57,880 nt of DNA from Prasinococcaceae sp. CCMP 1430 (GCA_013416795.1 RQSC01000006.1:196533-254412); one strand, 5' to 3'; shown: positions 1 to 11,695, counted from the stretch's first letter. Notes: generated by a model not told the origin, from the sequence alone. Numbers and translations are program-made.

Positions 1-747
1 CCGCGGCGTTCGTGAGCAGGCCCGCCGCGGCGCGCCGCCGGCGCTTGGCGGCGCTCTCGGCCGCGACGATCTCCTCGAACGCGGCGTTGTCCTCCGAGGT
101 GTACCGCGCCGCGAACTCGTCGAGCGACAGGCCCTCCGTGAGCGCTCCCGCCGACCCCGTCTCCGCCGCGGCCTCGCCCCCCGCGCCGAGCGCCTCCTCG
201 AGGCGCCTCCTCGCCTCGCCGTCGCCCTCCCCGCCGCTCAGAGCCCGCCTCGGAGCCCGCCTCAGACGCCGCTGCCGAGCCCGCCGCCGCCCGTGGCGAC
301 GCCCGTGCAGCCGCCCTCGCTGGTGCTGCTGCGCCCCGGCGCCGAGACGGAGCCGCCGGCGGCGCTGCAGTGCAACGAGGACACGTGCGACTCGGCGGTG
401 GAGAACGGCGTGAATCCCACCACGGGCCTCCCCATGTTCTGCTTCTGCGACGAGCAGTGCTTCAACTTCGACGACTGCTGCGACGACTTCGAGGGGGGCG
501 TCTGCCACCTCGGCGAGGGCGGCGTCGCGGTGCCCGCCGTGGGCACGCCGTAGCCGGCCGCGTCCCGCGCCGCCCGCCGCCGGACCAACGCGCGCGGCGC
601 GCGGAGCGCGAGGCGGCTGCGCAGGACCGGAGGGGCGGTGCTACTCACCCCCTCCCCGCCCCGCGGCGTCGCGCGCGCCGCGACGACGACGACATTATTA
701 TTACGACGGTGTTCTGCGCACGGACGCGCGTGCGCACGCGCGTGAAG

Positions 748-787
<40 letters not shown>

Positions 788-1181
788 GCACGCGCGCACG
801 AGCGTGCGCGAGCGCGCCTCCGCCCTCCTCCGTCAGCGCCTCGGCGTTGGGTCCCAGCGCCCCCCCGGCGTGTCGCCCCCCGCGCCGCTCGCGCCGCCGT
901 AGCTCGCGCGGAGCTGGGCGTCCCGCGCGCCCCCGCCGCTGCGNCTGCCCGATCGGCAGCGTGTCGGCGGACGCCACTGCGCGCATGGCATCAGCCATCG
1001 CGGCCTCGTCCGCCCAACCCGGTTCGGAGGCGACTCCAGCGGCCGCATCGATCGCCACGCGCTCATACCTCCATTCGCCTCGCGCTCCGCCCGCGAACGC
1101 AGCCACGAGCGCGGCGGCGAGCGCCGCGCGCGCCACCGCAGCCGCGCGCCGCGCGCCTGCGCGTGCCCGCGTCCGCGCCAT
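1..1181 (-). CDS. ESS2: Splicing factor ESS2/DGCR14-like protein, 5' part; runs off the window start, exon structure uncertain
   Basis: The minus strand at ~1-240 reads GLSLDEFAARYTSEDNAAFEEIV, matching the ESS2 motif SLDxFxxxYTSEDNxSFxEI. Upstream segments DEAAMADAMRAVASADTLP and RDAQL align weakly with the plant ESS2 N-terminus (DEDAYVEAIEKIIERDYFP...RDAQL). An ambiguous base at 944 lies near an apparent frame change. Confidence 0.55.
242..553 (+). CDS. Pro-rich linker plus somatomedin-B-like Cys domain; probable terminal exon or gene fragment
   Basis: CFCDEQCFNFDDCCDDF fits the SMB pattern CxCxxxCxxxxxCCxD(Y/F). Stop TAG at 551-553, possible CAG acceptor at 239-241, no ATG start before the domain. 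Confidence 0.5.
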   Translation, partial: SPPRSPPQTPLPSPPPPVATPVQPPSLVLLRPGAETEPPAALQCNEDTCDSAVENGVNPTTGLPMFCFCDEQCFNFDDCCDDFEGGVCHLGEGGVAVPAVGTP

Positions 1182-1779
1182 CCGGAGCGCGCCGCGGGAG
1201 CCCGAGGGGGCGGCAGGGGCGAAGAGGGGGTCGGACGTAGCTGCGCGCGTGCGGAGCTGAAGGGTGAGAGGCGCAGGCCCGGAAACGCACGGCGAGGCGC
1301 CCCCCAGGCCCCCGCCGGCGCCCCGCGCCTGCACCGCCCCCCACGCCCGCGCGCGCCCCGCCACAGTACCTCGTGTGGCACGCACCGAGACCGGCGCTGC
1401 GACCCCCCTTTCCGACCTGGGTCTGGCGTGCCAAGGCCCGCCGGCGCGCGCTCTCTCTCTCCCTCGCTCGGGGAACTCGGCGCAGGCAGGGGGAACGGAA
1501 CGCGCCAGGCGCCAGGTGGCTCCGATGCCGATGGGCTGGCTGGCGGTCATGGCGCAGTTCCCGCCTCCCGAGCCCCACCCAAAGCGCGCCTGCCATGCAC
1601 GAAATGATCCGAGGAGGCACTGGACTGCGAGCGCACTGCACCGCCGCCATCGCCGCTTGCCGCCCGCCGCGGCGGCGCGCCGTGTGGCACCCACCGCCAC
1701 GCGCCACGCGTGGCCTTCCTTGCCTCTGCGCGACGAAGCCCAGCGCTCGGCGGCCGCGGCTCGAACATTCGCACTGATA

Positions 1780-1803
1780 TTAGGGTTATTATTAGGGTTT
1801 AGG
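1780..1803. promoter_or_regulatory. Telo-box-like / degenerate TT(T)AGGG cluster
   Basis: TTAGGGTTATTATTAGGGTTTAGG in an AT-rich intergenic patch. Confidence 0.4.
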
Positions 1804-2125
1804 CTGGGCGCACGCGCGTACCCCCCCCGATGGCCGGCTACCGGATATGTTACTGTTGGCCGCTGGCGAGGGAGTGGCATCGCGCAAGTACGGGTGCAAT
1901 GCGTGGGTGTGCGCGTGCTTGCATGAGGCTGAGTAGGTAGGCATTGGCTTTTGAGAGTGTAAGGTGAGAGCGCCGAGGTCGACGCCGCTTGCGCTTCTGT
2001 GCTCGTATGACGGTATCTTGGGTGAGGAAAGGTGACTTGAGAGGGCATGCCTGAGGTTGTTGTTGTCGCACGTCGTCACACGGTTTCCTATGTGCATGTG
2101 CGCATTGACAAGGGCCGCCGTTGCT

Positions 2126-2944
2126 TCATGGGGCACCAGCTGCAGTGAGTGCTGCCTTCTTTCCATTGTCGAGACTGGGAGCAGCGCGCTCTTCGCACCC
2201 CCCGGCACTCTTTTGCTTGTGCACCAGCTCCACCTGCTGCACGGCCTGTTGAAGAGTTGCAGCCAGAGTACGTGCCTTGTCGTCGTAGCAGGTGTCTCCT
2301 GGCTCGGGCAGGGACTCGATCTTTAGCGCGGCGGGCATTTCGGGCCATATGTCCGCAAGGATGCTGGGGGCAAGGTTTGCCGCCATGCAGATCACGCGCG
2401 CATCGGCTGTCTCGAGAGCGCTCTCCATGCAGTCACGCAGGAGCACGCGTGCTGCCACGGCATTCTTGGCCTGAGTCGCGGTGATGGTCGCCGTACGCGC
2501 ACGCGCCTTGTCTGCAGACTCCTCGAGGTCTTTCAGGTTCGTCTGTACCATCTGGCGCATCGTGCGGAGCCTCGAGCGTTCGAGCTCTAGCATCATCGGG
2601 CGCTGCTCGGCGTCGGCGTCGAGCTTCTTGAGCTCCTCCTCAGCACCTCTTTTCGTGACGAGCGCCTTTTCAGTGGCCGCCTTGGCTGCCTGGAAAGCCT
2701 GCTGTGCGGCAGCGTAGCGCGCGTCGGCGGCCGCTCGCGTGGCACGTGCGCGGTGGGCGCTGTCTTCGGCCTCCGACTGGCGCTCGCGCAGCACGCGCGC
2801 GCGCTCGAGCACCGCGTCCATCTCCTCCGTCAGCTTCGGCCCCTCCTCCGAGGCGCCCACCGGAGCGCGCTGGCCGCCACGATGTGCAGCCGCGACTGCA
2901 GCCGTGGCCCCTCTTTCGCCGCCGACGCCAGTGGTGGGCCTCAT
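2126..2944 (-). CDS. Hypothetical coiled-coil protein, 272 aa, intronless
   Basis: ATG-initiated ORF with long A/E/K/R heptad-like helices and normal amino-acid composition. Confidence 0.55.
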   Translation of the reverse strand: MRPTTGVGGERGATAAVAAAHRGGQRAPVGASEEGPKLTEEMDAVLERARVLRERQSEAEDSAHRARATRAAADARYAAAQQAFQAAKAATEKALVTKRGAEEELKKLDADAEQRPMMLELERSRLRTMRQMVQTNLKDLEESADKARARTATITATQAKNAVAARVLLRDCMESALETADARVICMAANLAPSILADIWPEMPAALKIESLPEPGDTCYDDKARTLAATLQQAVQQVELVHKQKSAGGCEERAAPSLDNGKKAALTAAGAP

Positions 2945-3054
2945 CGTGTGTGTGCACGCGCGGTGGTGGGATGAAGGGGGGGCGGGGGGGGGGGATGTGT
3001 GTGGGGCGCGCGCGCTGTGGCTGCGGCGCCTGCGGCGCAGCCCGCGCCCTCGCC

Positions 3055-3178
3055 CCCGACATCAAAACGCGTTCATTGCTCGCTTGACCTCATTTTCAAT
3101 GCATTTCAAACCTTGTCACGCCCGACATCAAAACGCGTGCATTGTTCGGTGTGACCTCATTTTCAATGCATTTCAAAC
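3055..3178. repeat. Two diverged tandem copies of a ~57-bp AT-rich unit (66-bp period) in a divergent promoter
   Basis: CCCGACATCAAAACGCGT...TGACCTCATTTTCAATGCATTTCAAAC begins at 3055 and again at 3121. Confidence 0.85.
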
Positions 3179-3403
3179 GCCGGGGCGCGCGCCCCTTTTG
3201 ATGGCCGAACGCGTGCGTTTTAATTTTGATACCAATTTTGAATGCATTGTTTTTTTTTGGTTTTTGACGCCGCGCTGTCGAGGCGCTGCTGCTGCTGCTC
3301 GAGGCTGGCGCTCGCCACACGCCCACGCCGCGCCCACGCGCGCCGAGCCGCGCCCCCCCCCACCCCCCCTCGGCCCCCTCGCCAGGCCGTTGCCGTCGCC
3401 GCC

Positions 3404-4736
3404 ATGGCGTTCGATCCCGGCGCGTCGCCCGCGCCCTTCCTGTCCAAGCTTCCGGGGTACCCCGGTTTGCTCGCCAAGGTGTGTTGTGCGGGCTCGCGCG
3501 GTGAGCAAACATTACGCGCACGCAGAGTGACTGGGCGCTGCTGGGCACGGAGAGCTGCGACGGAGCGCGGCCTCCAGTGCGCAGAGCGTCGCGCTGACTG
3601 CGCCGCGTGGGTGCTGGCGTCGTGTGTGCACTGTGCATGTCGCGGGGGCCAAGGCGCACGACCTCGGCCAGCTCAAGGACCGCGCCGCCGACGTGTCGGG
3701 GCCTGGCATCCCCTGCGTGGTCCGCGGGGCCTCCTCCGCCGCGGGCGTGCCCGCGGAAGGCGTTGCCGTGGAGACTGCGGCCGCTGCGGCGGTGAGTGCT
3801 GTGCGCGAGCGCATACATTGAGCGTACTCGCACTCGGCGCAAGCAAACAACAATGCGGACGCTTCGATGCCAGCGCACGTACGCTGCCCGGCCAATGCCC
3901 GCCGCTAGTCAAGCTCGTGCGTGTGTGTAGAAAGTCGCTGACACTTTTGGCGTCGGTTTTTGGTACCCGGCCCTGCTCCTGCACACCCACACACACGCCC
4001 CAACAAACGCCGCGCGCCTCAGGGGCACCGCGTGGCGTGGCTCCTGCCCAGCGGGCACGCCGGTGGGCACTCCCTGGATCGCGCGCCGGTGACGGGCGAG
4101 CCCCTGCCCACCGCCTCGCACCCCGTGCACCGCGGCGACCGCTTCGGCTGGGGCATCGCCGAGAGGGTGCGGCGCAGCGCTGCGACCGAGCGCATCGCTT
4201 CGCCGCGTGTGGGATTGCATATCACCCACTGCGTGATACCATCGCTTGTACCTGACGTCCGGAGCGCATGCGGCTGTCCACGCTCCGAGCAACCTCTCCT
4301 GCTGCAGCACCGCGGCCTGCCAACCGTGGTGGCCGCCCACGGGATTGATGCGCCCACCTGGAAGCGCTACGTCGACGAGGTGGACGGGGAGCTGCGCAAG
4401 TGTGCGAGCGCCATCGGATGGATACCAGGCGTGTCCGCATTCCTCTCCATGTTCACACAGGGGAAGACCAAGGAGGCCATCCAAAAGGTCAAGGACACGA
4501 CCACCGCCTGGAACGCGTCGACCTTCGAGGCCGCAGGGTTGCGCGTCTCGTTCGTCACGCACGATGACGAGCTCATGAGGCGCCTCTACGTAGCAGGCTG
4601 GCGGCGAACGAGCACCGTCGCCGGCTTTGACGGCTGGGAGCCCATCGACCGCGAGCTCGACGAAGCCAAGCTCTGGCAAGCTGAGCTGCCCGACATGTGC
4701 TTCTGCGTGCTCATCGAGGAGACCAAGGATGCTTAA
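3404..4736 (+). CDS. Hypothetical protein, about 3 exons
   Basis: ATG at 3404 (MAFDPGASPAPFLSKLPGYPGLLAK|gt), a middle exon ending GCG|gtgagt, and a long last exon after a CAG acceptor near 4022 ending ...EETKDA*. Confidence 0.6.
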
Positions 4737-4950
4737 ATTGGATCACGCAGAATGTATCCGTTTGAAGCAAGAAGTGACTCAAACGCACGCAGGCCGTCGC
4801 AGTTCCCCGTCCCCCGCATGGGTGTGAGGTGTCAATTATATAGAGGGAGGCCTGCCTTGGGAGCGACCAAGCCCCACCGTGAGCGCGCAAGGCGCGCAGA
4901 TACCTTTGTGTGGCACGTCGTCGCCGCGACCAACAGTAAGGAAGTCCTTA

Positions 4951-7900
4951 TCAGCACTCGCTCAGCACCACGGGCGCCTCGACCGCGGGCGCGTTGAACG
5001 CCGAGAGCTGCAGGCGCCACACGGCGTCGCCGCCGCCGGCGGAGGCGTTGCGCCTCGCCGCGATCGCGCGCGTCGACGTCGCGCCTGGCAGGACCACGAT
5101 GGGCGCGCCCGCGGACGGCGCCGCCCCGGACACCACCCGCGCCCACAGCGGCGCGTCGTCACTTTGGGCGTCGCGGAGCAGTCGCAGCGAGGGGTAGAAG
5201 AGCAGCTGGGGCGAGCTGGCGGGCACGAAGATGTCGGCGGTGACGCGCACCAGCTGCGCGCCGTCGGAAAGGGCGGGGTCGGCGACCGCCTCGCAGCGCA
5301 CGCTCCGGAGCTCGGCCACCGCGGCCGAGGACGCGCGCGCGGCACCGAGGGCCGAGTAGTCGCTCCTGATGCCGAGGGCCGGATCCGTCTGCCACAGCCA
5401 GTTCGTCCGGGTCGCGACGCCCGGCGAGCCGTTCGCGGAGGCGCCATGCAGAGTCACGCGCAGGAAGAGGACGCTGCTGGTCCCTCCTGCACTCGACGCC
5501 GCCGGCCAGCGAAGGGCCTCAGCGGCATCGAGGCGATGCGTGGACGTCGGCGGCAGGGCGGCGGCGGGCAGCTGAAAGGGCCCGGCGACGGCGGCTCCGC
5601 CGAGGTCAAACCATGTGACGCTCACGCTCGCGTCGACCGTCTTGAGCGGGTGGCGGTTGAAGACGACCACCTGCGTGGGCGAGCCCAAGGTCGTCTCGTT
5701 GGAGTCAAGATCGACAGTCGCGTGGTACGGACCCGCTGCCGCCGCGGCGATGCCGGTATACATGCCGTTGGGCTCGAGGCTGTACCAGTCATAGAGGAAG
5801 CCGCGCAGGGCCGGCCACGGCGAGTTGGTCTTCCAGAAGAAGAAGGCGGTGTACCAGCGGTACATGTTGGTCAGGTAGCCTTCGGAGAGCGCCTGGTATT
5901 GCTGGTGCGCTGCCACCTGCGCGTAGGCCGCCCACGTAGACCCGTTGGCTGGGGTGCCGTAGGCGTACACGAAGCTGTAGTAGTCTCCCCCGTCCCCGTC
6001 CCAGCCCTGCGCAGCACGAGTGCGCAGAGTCGGTCAGCCACGCACGCTCCTACGGCGCGCTCGCGCACGCGACGCAGCTCGCTGCGCAATGGCGCGTACC
6101 CAGGGAAGGTGATTGTGGAACGTCCAGCCCTCGGAGACGCCACTCGTGGCGTTCGGGAAGCCAACCGCGGCAGCCTCCGCTCCCAGCATCCTCTCGAGGC
6201 CGTAGTATGGCGGTATGGCACTCGTGCCCGCCTCCGGGTTGAAGCTCACGATCAGGCCCTCCGTGCCCTCGCCGAGGCCAGCGTTGCGCTCGAAGTAGAC
6301 CTTGGGCGGGTGCAACCCGTACGGCCCGTCCTTCGCGACGAGCGCGTACGTGGGGTCGTGCTCGCTCTGGTTGCCACCCAGCGTGCCGCCGTCCATGCTC
6401 GAGGTGATGAAGGCGCGCTCCGGCGAGTCGAGCTCGGCGATGGCCTCGCGGAGGCCCGCCTCGATGTTCGGCGGCGGGCTCAGACCGCTCGGGTACAGCT
6501 CGTTCCCCCCGCCGTAGAGGAAGAGGGACGGGTGGCGCCGGAGGCGCCGCACCACGTCGCGGGCGTTGACGAGGTACGCTTCGTGATCGAGCGGCCAGCT
6601 GTAGTCGCCCGCCCAGCGGCCGTTGTTGTCGCCGCTCATCCAGAACTCCTGGTACACCAGCAGGCCCAGCCGGTCGGCGCAGTCGTAGAAAGGCTCCGTC
6701 TCGGCCACGCCTCCACCCCACACGCGCACGGCGTTGAGCCCGGCGTCGCGGTGCAGGCGCAGCTCGTCGCAGTAGCGCTCCTCGCTGGCGCTGTAGCGCC
6801 ACATGGCGTCCGGCGTAATCCAGTTGCCTCCCAGGACGAAGAGGCGGCGCCCGTTGACCAGCACGAGCTGCGAGAGGTTGCTGGGGGCGTCGGGCGAGTC
6901 GGGACGGTGGCGCAGCTTGGCGGTGCGCACGCCGAAGCGCACGAGCTCGTCGTCCGAGACCACGAGCGGGTCGCAGTCCGCCGAGTCACCGTCCCCTGCG
7001 CCCGAGGTTGCGTTCACGAGCACGGAGAAGGTCGCACTGTGTAGCGTCGGCCCGAGGCCTTCGATGTGCGCGGGCCACCACAGCAGGGCCGCCGAGCTGC
7101 CGCTCACGTTGAGCGGGCGCCGCAAGTCGACGCTCGCGCCGGGGGCGAGCGAGAAGCCCACGACCACCTCGGGCTGGACCTGCAGCTGGGGCGGCTCCTC
7201 GTCCTCCCCGGCGGCAGCGGCGGCCTCCGAGCCGGCGAAGCGCACCCGAAGGAGGCCGCCGCGCCGCGCGGTCGGGTGCGCGTTCGTGAGCGTCGCGAGG
7301 ACGTCCTGGGAGGAGGGTGGCGCGGACTGCGTCAGCGCGCGATCGCTCGAGGCGGCAGCACCGCGGCGGCAGCCAGCCAGCGCGCCGCGGGACTCACCAC
7401 CTCCGCTCGCCACTCGTCGGGCCCCTCTCCGCCGAGCGCGGCGTCCAGGCGGCGCGTCACGACCGCCGGGTCGCGGAGGACGACGTCGCCGGTCAGCACG
7501 TGCTCCACCGCGCCGATGAGGCCCGTCGACCGGTCGGGCATCGGCGCCATCCAGTCCCATCCGGCGGTGAACTGCGGCGCCGCGGCGTCCTGGGCCATGG
7601 CGTGGTCGCCGCCCTGGCCGCAGGGGACGTCGGGCTTCTCCATGCGCACGCGCGTGCAGTTCACGTCGCCCGGGTGCTCGGGCGGCTCGACGACGACGGT
7701 CACGACGCTGCCGCCGAGCTCCTTCCCGGCGGTGACGTCGAGCCAGCGGCGGCGGAACGCCCCGGGGATGTCGCCCCCCGCCGGCAGCAGCGCGGCGCCG
7801 TCGAGCGCGGCGCTGGCCAGGCGCCAGTTGACCCCGGCGAGGCGCAGCCACGCGCGCGTGGCGGCTTCCACGCGCCCGCGCAGCGCCGGCGCCCGTCCGC

Positions 7901-8320
7901 GAGCGCCGGGAGCGGCCGCAGCGGCCGCTCGTAGGCGAGCGTGTAGAACGCGCGGCCCGTGCCGTTGATGTCGGGCACGCGCGAGAGCGCCGTGCCGCGG
8001 TAGAGGCCTGCGCGTGCGTGTGCGTGTCAGTGTGTGCATGTGCGTGTGTGTGTGTGTTTATGCGCGTGTGCGTGTGTGCGAGCGCTTGCGCATGTGCGTG
8101 TGTGTGTGCGAGCGCTTGCGCATGTGCGTGTGTGTGTGTGTGCGTGTATGCGTATTGACGCACCTTCAGCGCCCGGGGGCACCCCGTAGGCCCCCAGCCG
8201 CCCGCCGGCGTGCAGCGAGACGAGCGCGCTCGCCGGGAGCGGCGCGGCGGGCCACGGCTCGCCGTCGCACGTCGGCTCGAGCGCGCCGGCGCAGTAGAGG
8301 CGACGGCGCACGTGGCGCAT
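4951..8320 (-). CDS. EBM: GH2 mannosylglycoprotein endo-beta-mannosidase-like, 4 exons, apparent frameshift near 7865-7900
   Basis: Motifs QFTAGWDWMAPMPDRSTG, NGRRLFVLGGNWI, GLNAVRVWGGG, GLLVYQEFW, LRRHPSLFLYGGGNE and WKTNSPWPALRGFLYD match the plant endo-beta-mannosidase clade of GH2. GT-AG introns are visible. Confidence 0.88.
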
Positions 8321-8618
8321 GGCGTGCGGACCGCGGCGGCCGAGGCCGCCGCGGCGACGGGCTTGAGCGCCGGCTGCGGGGCGCGGTGTGGCGCAGCAGC
8401 AGCGGCGGCATGCCAGTCACGAGGGGGGGGCGCTGGCACGACCGTTTTTTTCTTCATTTTTGTGCGGTCAGTTTTTCAACGTGTTGAGTGTCACACACAC
8501 ACGTGTGTGCCGCCACGCGCATCGGAGCGCTCGCGTTGCGCAACCTCTCAGCGATACGGCACGCGCGGAGGAAGGTGGGAGCGAGCGCGAGCGAAGGTGT
8601 GCGTGTGTGTGTACAGTA

Positions 8619-8706
8619 GAAGAAGGTGCCGAACTCGTCCAGCGTGAAAGTGCGAGACAACTTATGAAGACGGGAAGGCGTTTTCGGCTCCTAGCTAGAG
8701 AGCGCA
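8619..8706 (-). pseudogene. Degenerate coding relic, copy A (homologous to 11696-11779)
   Basis: Reads CAL*EPKTP...RTFTLDEFGTFF with an in-frame stop and a 4-bp insertion relative to copy B. Confidence 0.45.
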
Positions 8707-8810
8707 CCGTGTTGGCCACGGTGTAGATGAGCACCGACGTGACTGTGCATGGGTGACGCGAGCTAAGCTATGTGTAGAGCATATGATGGAGTCGCGCGTT
8801 TGTGTTCTAG

Positions 8811-8965
8811 TCTCTGACTGGCTGGTGCGTGCCCCGCAGTAGCAGCTATGGCGGTGCCGCCGTACCTCGCCATCCAGCGGTCGCGCGTGCGTTGCCCTGT
8901 CTCTGACTGACTGGTCCGTGTCCCGTAGTAGCAGCTATGGCGGTGCCGGCGTCCCTGGCCACCCA
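8811..8965. repeat. Diverged ~66-bp direct repeat (89-bp period) duplicating the lipase stop region
   Basis: 8811-8876 versus 8900-8965. On the minus strand the copies encode GWRGTAAPP* and GWPGTPAPP*. Confidence 0.85.
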
Positions 8966-10011
8966 CTGGCCTTCAGTGTCATGAGCTTCTTGAGGTACGA
9001 GTTCGTGCCATCTGTCGACATTGTGTGATCAGCTCTCTTGTCGGCGTTGAAGACCCCCCAAGGGAGCCGGCCAGGGTCGAGCTCGACACACCTCCGGTTG
9101 GCGGTGTAGACGGTAGCGTTGGCCTCCTCCGAGCCGTCGAACTTCACGAAAGGCCCTACATGCCGGTAAGTTGGACACTTGAGTAGCCAGAGCAGCCTGA
9201 ACGAGCGCGGCGGGAGACGTGGTACGATATCGTTGTTGTTGACGATGCGCACCAAATGGGCGTGCGACTGCTCCAGCTCGCGCTGGAAGGCAGGGTTGCC
9301 AACTCGCGGTGCCGCGAAGTTGACCATCTCGACGGGCACGCCCTGCGTCGGAATGTTGTCGATGTCATAGGTACACTTGGTAAGACGGTACGCGCAGAGC
9401 GTGGCAAGCGCGCCACCAAGTGAGTGCCCGGTAGTGAGCACGCCCCACGTGCGATCCTGGCCGTTGCCCGAGTGCTCATTGTACAGGTCAACGACATGTT
9501 TTTCGACGTCCTTGCCGATGTCGCACTTGGTGTATGCGCCTAGCCAGCCCCTGTGTACTCTCGAGGCGGGATCCGAGTCCTTGCAAAAGAAGTCGTCGTT
9601 TCCGCCCTGGAAGAGCGCTGGGAGGATGTTGGTGAGAAGCCACTCCCTTGCAGTCGGTTCTGTGCCACGAAAGGCGGCCACGACGCGCTTCAGGCGCTTC
9701 GATACGAAGATGCCACACTCGGTGTCATGGATGGTCCTGCACGTTCGCTCATTCCTAGGGTCGGGGACGAACTGTTTGAACTCGATGTCCTTGAACGCCT
9801 CCGACTTGAGGGCGTCAGCTGTGATGTGTTCCACGTAGTTCTCAGGGTGTGCAAGCGTTTCGCGCAAAAGATCCTCAGGATTCAGCGCCCCAAGGTGCGT
9901 GCCCTCGTGGCGGTGCTCGAGATCGTATATGACAGAGCTGAGCGTTGCAGCCAGCAGGGCGCTGGCGTAATACGGCGGCGGGGGTATGGCTTCGCTCGCC
10001 TCGCTCGCCAT
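8935..10011 (-). CDS. Class 3 lipase (alpha/beta hydrolase), 358 aa, intronless
   Basis: VAAFRGT, VHRGWL, TTGHSLGGALATL (nucleophile elbow), NFAAPRVGN, RIVNNNDIVPRLP and DHTM. ATG at 10011. Confidence 0.9.
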   Translation of the reverse strand: MASEASEAIPPPPYYASALLAATLSSVIYDLEHRHEGTHLGALNPEDLLRETLAHPENYVEHITADALKSEAFKDIEFKQFVPDPRNERTCRTIHDTECGIFVSKRLKRVVAAFRGTEPTAREWLLTNILPALFQGGNDDFFCKDSDPASRVHRGWLGAYTKCDIGKDVEKHVVDLYNEHSGNGQDRTWGVLTTGHSLGGALATLCAYRLTKCTYDIDNIPTQGVPVEMVNFAAPRVGNPAFQRELEQSHAHLVRIVNNNDIVPRLPPRSFRLLWLLKCPTYRHVGPFVKFDGSEEANATVYTANRRCVELDPGRLPWGVFNADKRADHTMSTDGTNSYLKKLMTLKASGWPGTPAPP

Positions 10012-10484
10012 TCTTGCACCTTCTTCTCCCCGTAGGTATGTTGTGCGACCGCGGCAAACAAAAGGCAGAAGAAGCAGGGGACTGTGCAGGGTGTGGCGCC
10101 GCTGCACAACTCGCGACGCAGCGCGCGCTCCGCGGCGTGCTCTGTTGGTGTGTGCCGCAGCCAGCGCGGTTTTCTGCTTCAACTCCCGCACAACGTGAAC
10201 ATGTCTATATGTAGTACTACTGTACTGCAGTGCGGATTTTGCGTATCTTTTTCATCTGCTGACGTGTCAAAAGTTACACACGCGACCGCCACACGTTCTC
10301 GCTTTGGTCCAAGCGTCGGGACACGTTACAAGCACAAGTTGCTCAGTGGCGCGTGCCGGGCAGGTGTGGCGGACGGTTGGCAATTCGACGGTCTGAATTG
10401 ATACTTGTGCTGATTCACTGCAGCATTCTAGCCACAAATGTGCTAAAAAAAAAGTCGCTGCGGTGTGGTCGCTGCCGCTGGTGC

Positions 10485-11048
10485 TCAGTACCCGCGGTCG
10501 GACCACTCGACCGCCACGCCGGGCATCGCCTCGGCGATCATCGCCGCGGTGCGCTGGTTGCAGCCCCTCGCGCGGCCGAAGCGCTTGCTGTAGCCGTACA
10601 CGCGCGCCGTGCGCGCGTGGGCGTCGTACACGACGCGCCCGCCGCCGACGACGCGGCCGCGCGCGCCGGGGAGCGCGGCGCGAAGCTCGGCCATGAGGAG
10701 GTCGTACACCTCGCGATGGTACTCCACGCGCGCCGAACGCACCACCTAGCAGTGGCGATACCAGCCGCCAGCGCGGGGTGTGCGAGCGCGCGGTCGCGTG
10801 AGCTGCGAGCGCGCGCCTGAAAGTACGCGCACGCGCACATGCTATGCGCACGCACAACCGCATTAAAGTACACACACGCATACAAGCCACGGACGCAGCA
10901 CCGCGTTCCCTTGGGCGCCTCGCAGCACGCATATATCCTCACCCTCACGCTCTCTGCCTCCCCGGGGACGCTCAGCTCGACCTGCACGTACTTCCACGTG
11001 CCCTCCGCGAGCACCACGCGCGGCACGGCGGCGAGCGCGCCTCTCGCC
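10485..11048 (-). CDS. PHPT1: 14-kDa phosphohistidine phosphatase (Janus/Ocnus family); 5' end uncertain
   Basis: EGTWKYVQV | VVRSARVEYHREVY...GGGRV...VYGYSKRFG...VEWSDRGY* matches PHPT1 (GVFKYVLI...AEYH...GGGRI...VYGYS...TWANDGY). One GT-AG intron at ~10746-10942. Confidence 0.9.
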
Positions 11049-11695
11049 CTAGCAGCGGCAGCAATCTAAATGTCGTTGTCGCTCCCAGCAGCGGCAACCG
11101 CCCGTGTGCGGAGCCCCCCGAGCAGGCGCTGCGCCTGTGCGTCTCGTGCGTCCCAGCGCGCACCTCCGGCAGCACCCCCGGCAGCGGCACGGCTGCTCGC
11201 TCCCGCCCGCACGCCGCCGCCGCCGTCCGCGGCAGCTACCGCAGCAGCGCCCACCTCCGACGCCACGCCGACCGACGCGAGGAGCGCACAGGCGACGGCG
11301 GCTGCCGCTCGGGAGCAGGCGCGACTGCGGCCCCGGCCGCGGCCGTCCCCGCAGCGCCTGCGGCCGCTGCAACCTACCACTGCGCTCGCCATCCGCGCGG
11401 CAGCGCCGAGGGCGCGCACAGTGGCGCGAGTGGCGCCCTGCTTGAATGCGCCCAACGCGTACTGATGAGCACTCACCTCGCCGCCAAGCAATGCGGGCAA
11501 AAATTGCAGCGGCGCCCGTATCCGATGCATCCACGAGGCCGCACAAAAACGACGCAGTGCACCGTACCGAGCGTCCCATTCAAGGAGCGACGGGGGTGGT
11601 CTTGCCGTCGCCGCGCGGGATGAGCAAGAGCAAGTGTCCTCAGTGGGCCGTGCAGGACCGGATCGGACCTCGCTGGCGTGCTCTTCAGTGAGCGC

